From Parasynechococcus marenigrum WH 8102 (lineage in GTDB: Bacteria > Cyanobacteriota > Cyanobacteriia > PCC-6307 > Cyanobiaceae): a stretch of DNA of 32,000 nt. Below the pieces are notes generated by a model. That model was not told where the DNA came from and searched no databases. It saw only the letters and a list, made by a program, of their open reading frames with translations. Of the stretch, positions 25,322-32,000 are shown in pieces. Each line of letters starts with the position of its first letter. The stretch's first letter is position 1. The translations under genes were made by a program, and so were the position numbers. The DNA is taken from the NCBI RefSeq assembly GCF_000195975.1, contig NC_005070.1, positions 1,290,001 to 1,322,000 on the forward strand, in the 5' to 3' direction.

Positions 25322-27004
25322 ATGCATGCCTCAATGAAGGCCTTCCAGGCCCTGTTCGATCGACTGGATCGAATGAATGGAACCAACGCCAAGGTGAGGG
25401 CGCTGGCGGAGCACTTCCGCAGCACACCCGCTGCTGATGGAGCGTGGGCCCTGCAGCTGCTGCTCGGTAAACGGCGACGGCGGCTGATCACCGGCCGACG
25501 ACTGAGGGATATTCTTCGGGATCGGGGTGGACTACCGGAATGGCTGATCGCCGACTGCCATGGCCAGGTGGGCGATTCGGCGGAAACCATCAGCCTGCTC
25601 TGGCCGGCCGTGAAGGATCGGATCCAAGGCCAAGCAACGGATCTGCCCTCCATCAACCCAGAGCAGCCGCTGCATTGGTGGATGGAAACCTTGCTTCCAG
25701 CGATCGGTGCACTGAAGGACGACAAGCAGGCCGATGCCGTGATCCATCTCTGGCACGCGGTACCGGATGAACGCCACTTCATCGTCAATAAGTTGCTCAC
25801 CGGCGGCTTTCGCGTCGGCGTGTCCACAGGACTGATCAGCAGGGCCCTTGCCACGGCGTTTGAGCTGGAGGACACCTTGGTGGTGCAGCGGCTGATGGGT
25901 GGATTCACCCCCTCAGCCGCTGCATTTCTTGCCTTGTCTCGACCTGAGGCTCCTGAAGAACAGCAATCCAGCGGTGTGCCTTACCCCTTCTTTCTGGCCA
26001 GTCCACTGGAGCCCGAACGCCTCGTTGAGACCCCAGCCAGCGACTGGCGGGTTGAATGGAAATGGGATGGCATCCGCGGCCAGCTGATCCATCGCGGCAC
26101 GGGCGTTTATCTGTGGAGCCGGGGTGAAGAGCTGGTGAACGACAGCTTTCCGGAGCTCGTGGATGTGGCTGCGGCCCTGCCGCAGGGAACCGTGCTCGAT
26201 GGGGAGGTGATCTGCTGGCGCGAAGGAGACGAAACACCGTTGGGGTTTGATCAGTTGCAACGACGCCTTGGGCGCAAAACAGTGGGCAGCACGCTGAAGC
26301 GTGAATGTCCGATGCGATTCGTCGCCTACGACCTGTTGGAGAGATCCGGCACCGACATCCGCCAGCGCCCCCTGCATGAACGTCAACACCAGCTCGACGA
26401 TGTGTTGAACCATGTCGACCATGGCGAGGCCTGGCGGCTGCACCGCAGTCCCAGCTGGGTCCTGCAGAGCTGGGGTGAACTGGATCAACAGCGAAACAAC
26501 GCCCGGGAGGTCAGGGCGGAGGGTCTGATGCTGAAGAACATCGACTCCCCTTATCTCAGCGGGCGCAAGCGTGGCCACTGGTGGAAGCACAAGCTGGAGC
26601 CAATGACCCTCGATGCCGTGCTGCTCTACGCCCAGGCCGGTAGCGGACGACGGGCGAATCTGTTCACGGACTACACCTTTGGACTCTGGAGTGATGCCGC
26701 GGAACCCCAGCTGGTGAGTTTCGCCAAGGCCTATTCAGGATTGAATGATGAGGAGATCCTCGAGCTGGATCGTTGGATCCGGCGCAACACCTTGCAGCGG
26801 TTCGGGCCGGCGCGATCCGTCAAAGCGGAGCTGGTGTTTGAGATCGGATTTGAAGGGATTCATCCGTCCAAACGCCACAAATCGGGCATCGCCGTTCGCT
26901 TCCCCAGAATTCTGCGCTGGCGTCGCGACAAACCTGCCGACGAGGCTGATCGAATCCAAACAGCGCTCTCTCTGATCAGGGATCAACCTGAAGCGTCGCT
27001 GTGA
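25322..27004 (+). CDS. ATP-dependent DNA ligase (ligase-associated DNA damage response type)
   Basis: 560 aa. The adenylation motif I is EWKWDGIRGQ (Lys codon at 26060-26062). Further motifs are EGLMLK, WWKHK and the C-terminal OB-fold ...FPRILRWRRDKP. An alternative ATG lies at 25334. Confidence 0.9.
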   Translation: MHASMKAFQALFDRLDRMNGTNAKVRALAEHFRSTPAADGAWALQLLLGKRRRRLITGRRLRDILRDRGGLPEWLIADCHGQVGDSAETISLLWPAVKDRIQGQATDLPSINPEQPLHWWMETLLPAIGALKDDKQADAVIHLWHAVPDERHFIVNKLLTGGFRVGVSTGLISRALATAFELEDTLVVQRLMGGFTPSAAAFLALSRPEAPEEQQSSGVPYPFFLASPLEPERLVETPASDWRVEWKWDGIRGQLIHRGTGVYLWSRGEELVNDSFPELVDVAAALPQGTVLDGEVICWREGDETPLGFDQLQRRLGRKTVGSTLKRECPMRFVAYDLLERSGTDIRQRPLHERQHQLDDVLNHVDHGEAWRLHRSPSWVLQSWGELDQQRNNAREVRAEGLMLKNIDSPYLSGRKRGHWWKHKLEPMTLDAVLLYAQAGSGRRANLFTDYTFGLWSDAAEPQLVSFAKAYSGLNDEEILELDRWIRRNTLQRFGPARSVKAELVFEIGFEGIHPSKRHKSGIAVRFPRILRWRRDKPADEADRIQTALSLIRDQPEASL

Positions 27005-29463
27005 TGACATCCACGATCCCCCCAGAACTTCATCCCATCCACAGATGGTTCGAACGTCAGGGATGGACACCACTGCCCTTTCAACAGGCCACCTGGCAGG
27101 CCTACCTCGAGGGTCGCAGTGGCCTGATCCAGGTGCCCACAGGATCCGGCAAGACCTTCGCTGCGGTGATGGGCCCGATCGCCCGGATGCTGACGGACGA
27201 GAGCACGACCAAAGGGATTCGGTTGCTGTATCTCACCCCGCTCAGGGCTCTGAGCCGTGATCTCGCCCTTGCCATCCGCGAACCGATCGAAGCGATGCAA
27301 TGGCCACTGCGCGTTGGCATCCGCAATGGCGACAGCAGCAGTAGTGAACGAGCGAAACAACTGAAATCGCCGCCACAGATCCTGGTGACTACACCGGAAT
27401 CCCTGACGCTGCTGCTGAGCAACCCGAAGGCGGAGGAGCTGTTCAGTGGTCTGGACACGGTGGTACTGGATGAATGGCACGAGTTGATGGGCAGCAAGCG
27501 CGGCAGCCAGACGGAGCTGTGCCTCAGCTGGTTGCGTCAACAGCGGCCCCAACTGCAGACCTGGGCCATCAGCGCCACCATCGGCAACCTGGAACAGGCG
27601 GCACGTCATGCCCTTGGCACAGAGGGCGACCCGATCATCGTGGGGGGGGCCCCTGCTCGCAGCACAGAGATCCATAGCATCCTTCCGGAGTCGATCGACG
27701 GCTTTCCCTGGGCCGGGCACCTGGGCCTGCGGATGTATGAGGAGCTGGTGGCGCGGCTCAATCAAGGGGTCAGCACGCTGCTGTTCACCAACACCCGCAA
27801 CCAGTCGGAGCGATGGCACCAATGCCTGCGCTTCGCCTGCCCGGAGATGGAGGACGCCCTGGCCCTGCATCACAGCGCCATTGACCGCAGTGAACGGGAG
27901 GCGATCGAAGCGGCCGTGAAGGCCGGCGGCATCCGTTGGGTGGTTTGCACCAGCTCGTTGGATCTGGGCGTTGATTTCCAACCGGTGGAACAGGTGGTGC
28001 AGATCGGCAGCCCCAAGAACCTGGCGCGGCTGTTGCAACGGGCTGGCCGTTCGGCCCACTTGCCGGGCGGTACCTCTCAGGTGCTGTTCATGCCCACCAA
28101 TGCCCTCGAACTACTGGAACTGAGTGCCGTGCGGCGCGGCCTCGACGAAGGACTGGTGGAACAGCGCAAGCCACCGCATGCTCCGTTGGATGTGCTGCTG
28201 CAACACCTCACCAGCCTCGCCTGCGGGCCTGGATTTGATCCCGATCACACACTGCAGTCGATTCGCCAGTGCGCCGCTTACAGCGATCTGACGCAACAAG
28301 ACTGGGACTGGTGCCAGCTGTTTCTGGAACAGGGCGGCGAATGCCTGACGGCCTATCCCCGCTACCGAAAACTGGAATGGGACCAGGAGACGAGCCGTTA
28401 CCGCATCCGCGAAAAGGCGATTGCCCGATTGCATCGGCTCAACATCGGCACGATCACGGCGGCTCCGGCGATCACGGTGCGTTTTGTGCGTGGAGCCGTT
28501 CTGGGTCACGTGGAGGAAACGTTCATCAGTCAGCTCAAACCGAAGGATGTGTTCTTCTTTTCCGGCCGGCAGCTGGAGTTTGTACGGCTGAGAGACATGA
28601 CGGCCTATGTCAAGGTGAGCAACCGCAAGACCCGCACGGTGCCGGCCTGGGCCGGCGGTCAGATGGCGTTGTCCGACCTCCTGACGCATCACCTCCGCCT
28701 GGAGGTGGACCGTGCCAGCCGCGGCGAGCTCGATACACCGGAACTGAAGGCACTTGAGCCCCTGTTCGAACGTCAGCAGGATCTCTCCGTGCTGCCACAG
28801 ATCGGTCAGCTGTTGATCGAAACCTGCTCCACACGAGAAGGCTCACACCTGTATGCATACCCCTTTGAGGGGCGGTTCGTGCATGAGGGAATCGGCTTCC
28901 TCTGGGCCTCCCGTCTCACCCGCCTGGAGCGGGGAACCATCACGGTTTCAGTCAACGACTACGGCTTTGAGCTGTTGGCCCCGAAGGGCTACCCCATGGC
29001 TGAATTGCTGGAAGATCACAGTGAATTGCTGTTGGACCGGCAGAACCTCAAACTTGATCTGCAGAACGCCTTGAATCTCTCGGAACTGCAACGGCGGCGT
29101 TTTCGAGCCATCGCCCAGATCGCCGGATTGATGAATCGCGGCTTCCCGGGATCGAGCAAGAGCACCGGACAGCTGCAGATCAGTGCGTCGCTGCTGTTTG
29201 ACGTGTTCAGCCGCCATGAACCGGAGAATCGTTTGCTACGCCAGGCCCAGCGTGAAGTGCTGGAGGAACAACTGGAACTGCCGCGTCTCGAGGCAGCTCT
29301 GGAACGCGCCGCATCACAGGAATGGCTGCACGTTCCAACGCCCCGACAAGGCCCCCTCGCCTTTCCCCTGCTGGTCGAGCGACTCAACAACCGCATGAGC
29401 AATGAATCCGTGTTGGAACGGGTTCAACGGATGCGGGATGAAGCCCTGCGGAGGGAACACTGA
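27001..29463 (+). CDS. Lhr-type DEXH-box helicase (ligase-associated DNA damage response helicase)
   Basis: 820 aa. It has Walker A QVPTGSGKT (27130-27156), the DEWH box VVLDEWHEL (about 27464-27481), and QRAGRSAH. The start (GTG at 27001 or ATG at 27004) overlaps the ligase TGA (27002-27004). Confidence 0.9.
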   Translation: MMTSTIPPELHPIHRWFERQGWTPLPFQQATWQAYLEGRSGLIQVPTGSGKTFAAVMGPIARMLTDESTTKGIRLLYLTPLRALSRDLALAIREPIEAMQWPLRVGIRNGDSSSSERAKQLKSPPQILVTTPESLTLLLSNPKAEELFSGLDTVVLDEWHELMGSKRGSQTELCLSWLRQQRPQLQTWAISATIGNLEQAARHALGTEGDPIIVGGAPARSTEIHSILPESIDGFPWAGHLGLRMYEELVARLNQGVSTLLFTNTRNQSERWHQCLRFACPEMEDALALHHSAIDRSEREAIEAAVKAGGIRWVVCTSSLDLGVDFQPVEQVVQIGSPKNLARLLQRAGRSAHLPGGTSQVLFMPTNALELLELSAVRRGLDEGLVEQRKPPHAPLDVLLQHLTSLACGPGFDPDHTLQSIRQCAAYSDLTQQDWDWCQLFLEQGGECLTAYPRYRKLEWDQETSRYRIREKAIARLHRLNIGTITAAPAITVRFVRGAVLGHVEETFISQLKPKDVFFFSGRQLEFVRLRDMTAYVKVSNRKTRTVPAWAGGQMALSDLLTHHLRLEVDRASRGELDTPELKALEPLFERQQDLSVLPQIGQLLIETCSTREGSHLYAYPFEGRFVHEGIGFLWASRLTRLERGTITVSVNDYGFELLAPKGYPMAELLEDHSELLLDRQNLKLDLQNALNLSELQRRRFRAIAQIAGLMNRGFPGSSKSTGQLQISASLLFDVFSRHEPENRLLRQAQREVLEEQLELPRLEAALERAASQEWLHVPTPRQGPLAFPLLVERLNNRMSNESVLERVQRMRDEALRREH

Positions 29464-29537
29464 CTAGCCAATAGGTGGTTGTTCGGGTTGACGACGATCG
29501 GAACATCCCGTTTAAAGAACGTTCAGGAAGTTTCTCA

Positions 29538-29714
29538 ATGTCCGACGCGACCAGCTTCGATGTTGTCCCCACTGATGATGGGGCTGGCTACTGGGTGAAG
29601 ATCTGCTCGGAAGATCGCTGCTGCCAAGCCTTTGTCTCCTCGATGCACATGGCAGACGGCAAACGTCCACAACTGCTCAGCTGTCTGCACGACGGACCAA
29701 TGACCACCAACTGA
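29538..29714 (+). CDS. Hypothetical 58-aa Cys-containing protein
   Basis: The ATG at 29538 has AGGAAG 11 nt upstream. The translation is MSDATSFDVVPTDDGAGYWVKICSEDRCCQAFVSSMHMADGKRPQLLSCLHDGPMTTN. The longer GTG-start form (29475) is less likely. Confidence 0.35.
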   Translation: MSDATSFDVVPTDDGAGYWVKICSEDRCCQAFVSSMHMADGKRPQLLSCLHDGPMTTN

Positions 29715-29925
29715 TCCGGAAGAAAGTGTCCTGCAACGACTCAGCCTGGCATCGCAATTTGCCATTTCACCATCAAGGTCAGCCCTGAAATACCCTCAGA
29801 GTGGGAGACGGAGATATTCCGAGAAGACGCCAATATTGCATTGAAAACTGCAAACAACACATCAGCATTACACATCAAGTGTTGGAGAACGACATACATC
29901 TGCAGAGGGAAATCTTCGTGGGGTT

Positions 29926-31110
29926 ATGAGCAACTCCTGGATCACCTTCATCGCGCTGTACCTGCGGATCGGAGTCCTTGGTTTCGGTGGCCCCCAGGCT
30001 CACATCGCCATGCTCCGTGAGGAGATCGTGCAGAGCCGTGGCTGGGTTGATGCCGAACGCTTCGATGAAGGCCTGGGTCTCTGTGAAGCGCTGCCCGGTC
30101 CCGCCTCCAGTCAGATGGCGATCTACCTGGGATGGCTTCAACGTGGATTCTTGGGGGGACTGATCAGCGGTATCTGTTTTCTGCTGCCCGGCCTTTTGAT
30201 CGTGCTCGGCCTCAGTGAGCTCTGGCGCAACGGCCAATCCATCCCCAGCTTCAGCACGGCACTGCAGACGCTGCAACCGGTGATCGCGGCCATCATCTGG
30301 GCCTTTGCCTGGAAGCTCTTGCACAACCGCAAGGCTGGATGGCAACGCATCACAGCCGGTCTGGTGATGCTGGGCGGATTGCTCAACAACTTCAGCCCCC
30401 TGACACTTCCGGCTGGTGGCCTGCTGTTGCTGGCCGGTTTGAGCCGATGGCTGATCGCACCAACACCATCAGCACCAACGCCACCTTCGGCAGGCAACGC
30501 CGGACTCTTGGCACCGATCCCCCTGGCCACAGCTCCCCTTCTGGTTGGCTCATGGGGAGTGCTGGGCCAGTTGTTCGCTGTGTTTTTCAAAACTGGTCTG
30601 CTGGTGTTCGGCGGGGGATTGGTGATCATCCCCCTACTTGAGCAGCAGGTGGTGTCGCTGGGTTGGCTCAACTCCGCTCAATTCCTCGATGGTGTCGCGA
30701 TCGGTCAGATTTCACCCGGCCCCGTGGTGCTCACCAGTGCTTTCGTCGGTTACCAGGCCGCCTGGCAGGAAGGGGGAGCCTCGTTTGCTGTTTTGGCTGC
30801 TTGCACGGCAACAGCCGCCATCTTTCTGCCCAGCTTTGCGTTCATCCTGGTGGGGGCACCTTTTCTGCAACGCCTGCGCCATCAACCATCGGTGAAAACG
30901 ATGCTGAGTGGTCTGCTGGCAGGGGTTCCCGGAGCCGTCGCGGCGGCGGCAGTCCCGTTGACATGGACAGCTGTGGAAAGTGGTGTGATCTGGGTGCAGC
31001 TTCTGCTGTTCAGCCTCGCGCTACGGCTGTGCGTGACTGGACGAATGAAACCTCTGCCGCTGATCAGCGCATCCCTGATGATCGGATTGTTGCTGGAGTG
31101 GCTGCGTTGA
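29926..31110 (+). CDS. chrA: Chromate ion transporter (CHR family, two-domain long form)
   Basis: 394 aa. LRIGVLGFGGPQAHIAMLREEIV...LPGPASSQMAIYLG appears in the N-half, and the C-half repeats it as FKTGLLVFGGGLVIIPLL...QISPGPVV. Confidence 0.9.
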   Translation: MSNSWITFIALYLRIGVLGFGGPQAHIAMLREEIVQSRGWVDAERFDEGLGLCEALPGPASSQMAIYLGWLQRGFLGGLISGICFLLPGLLIVLGLSELWRNGQSIPSFSTALQTLQPVIAAIIWAFAWKLLHNRKAGWQRITAGLVMLGGLLNNFSPLTLPAGGLLLLAGLSRWLIAPTPSAPTPPSAGNAGLLAPIPLATAPLLVGSWGVLGQLFAVFFKTGLLVFGGGLVIIPLLEQQVVSLGWLNSAQFLDGVAIGQISPGPVVLTSAFVGYQAAWQEGGASFAVLAACTATAAIFLPSFAFILVGAPFLQRLRHQPSVKTMLSGLLAGVPGAVAAAAVPLTWTAVESGVIWVQLLLFSLALRLCVTGRMKPLPLISASLMIGLLLEWLR

Positions 31111-31111
31111 G

Positions 31112-31654
31112 ATGAAGCTGTTCCTGGTGGTGCTGGGAGGTCGTTGTCGGGGGTGCCATACCGAGCAACACGACGTGCGATGGGTGGTGGGAGAGGAGAT
31201 TGAAGACACCTACCCCCAGTTGATTCAGCAATGGATCGGACTTCGGCGCGGACTGCATCTCGACAGTTATCGCGCTGTCGAACGCGTCGACAATTACCGG
31301 GTTGAGGTGATCCCTGGCCCTCCTGCGTCGAGGCAAAAGAAGACCGTTGCCACGGCGAAGCTTTGGTTTGTCAATCTCGGGGCCTATGACCCCAGCTCAA
31401 TGGCGGAACGTCATCACTTCGGACTGGTGGTGGCTCAATCCACAGCGAGCGCCAAAGCGGCGGCTAAGCGTCGCTGGCTCAAGGGACTCGAACAGATCCA
31501 CAAGGATGATCTGCACAGCGTGATGCAGGAGCCTGAGCTCGACGACCTCTTGCCGATCGAAGGCAACGGCCAGTGGAGTCTCCGACTGACACCGGTGAAC
31601 GAGGGTGATGATCCATCGGACCGGCCGGACTGGTATGGCTACCTGTTGATCTGA
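31112..31654 (+). CDS. DUF1543 domain protein (two repeats)
   Basis: MKLFLVVLGGRCRGCHTEQHDVRWVVGEEIEDTYPQL...LHLDSY is followed by a second copy, KLWFVNLGAYDPSSMAERHHFGLVVAQS.... The ATG begins 1 nt after the chrA TGA. Confidence 0.75.
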   Translation: MKLFLVVLGGRCRGCHTEQHDVRWVVGEEIEDTYPQLIQQWIGLRRGLHLDSYRAVERVDNYRVEVIPGPPASRQKKTVATAKLWFVNLGAYDPSSMAERHHFGLVVAQSTASAKAAAKRRWLKGLEQIHKDDLHSVMQEPELDDLLPIEGNGQWSLRLTPVNEGDDPSDRPDWYGYLLI

Positions 31655-31674
31655 GACCTCCACCAGGGCCGACT

Positions 31675-31869
31675 TCAACGGTTCCCCGTGAAGCTGACGT
31701 TCAGATCCTCACCACAACTCATCAGAAAAGCCACCTCGGCCCGGTCAGAGAGAAACATGCAGGTGGTGGCACCACTCCTCTCCTGGTAGCAATACACATC
31801 CATCCCTTCCGATGGTTGGGATGACGTCACAACCTGTCCATCACGAAGAATGTATCGGTTCAAATCCAT
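31675..31869 (-). CDS. Hypothetical 64-aa protein
   Basis: It starts at ATG and has a strong AGGAGGG about 10 nt upstream (minus strand, ~31880-31886). No family is recognised. Confidence 0.45.
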   Translation of the reverse strand: MDLNRYILRDGQVVTSSQPSEGMDVYCYQERSGATTCMFLSDRAEVAFLMSCGEDLNVSFTGNR

Positions 31870-32000
31870 GCCTCAAGTTCCCTCCTGATAAAGGGGCGGC
31901 AGCGACTGGGCAACAAATATGTCGATCACAAGAAATGAGAGGACCAGGCATGTCCATAACGACCATCAGACCATCCAAGACGCGACAAGGGCTCTGGAGA

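Noticed and set aside
1-32000. tRNA or rRNA genes, CRISPR arrays, IS elements, integrases or prophage blocks.
   Set aside because: I saw no T-arm/acceptor-like GGTTCGA(A/T)TCC contexts outside coding genes, no spaced direct-repeat arrays, and no transposase, integrase or phage structural protein signatures in any translated ORF.

Overview
This is a dense, mostly high-GC chromosomal segment that reads like a marine picocyanobacterium (Synechococcus-like). That inference rests on petN, thf1/psb29, ycf19/YggT, a TPM/Psb32-like lumenal protein and several Clp/FtsH genes. Most of the window is core metabolism and proteostasis: dxs (partial), ilvA, scpB, pyk, ftsH, clpP, thf1, petN, clpS, purK, aroB and nadA. 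Several genes shorter than 60 codons are absent from the ORF track but readable by eye: petN (33 aa), a DUF2256 zinc-ribbon ORF overlapping the clpP stop by ATGA, a 44-aa single-TM ORF 4 nt after petN, and a 51-aa acidic ORF. The most system-like region is 22.4-29.5 kb. It holds a ligase-associated DNA-damage-response set: an MBL/beta-CASP exonuclease, an ATP-dependent DNA ligase and an Lhr-type DEXH helicase. This set is split by a three-gene insert and has no PdeM/MPE nuclease next to it. The insert includes a visibly lower-GC GAF sensor with an unusual Cys/His-rich C-terminal module. Other points: a metallophosphoesterase whose catalytic N-terminus has no ATG/GTG/TTG start; a lambda-R-like (GH104) lytic transglycosylase with a signal peptide; a tightly coupled chrA-DUF1543 pair; a 400-nt ORF-free structured gap between thf1 and petN; and a 200-nt gap downstream of purK that could hold 6S RNA. 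I saw no tRNA, rRNA, CRISPR array, transposase or integrase. All family assignments come from reading the translations by eye. No database search was run.
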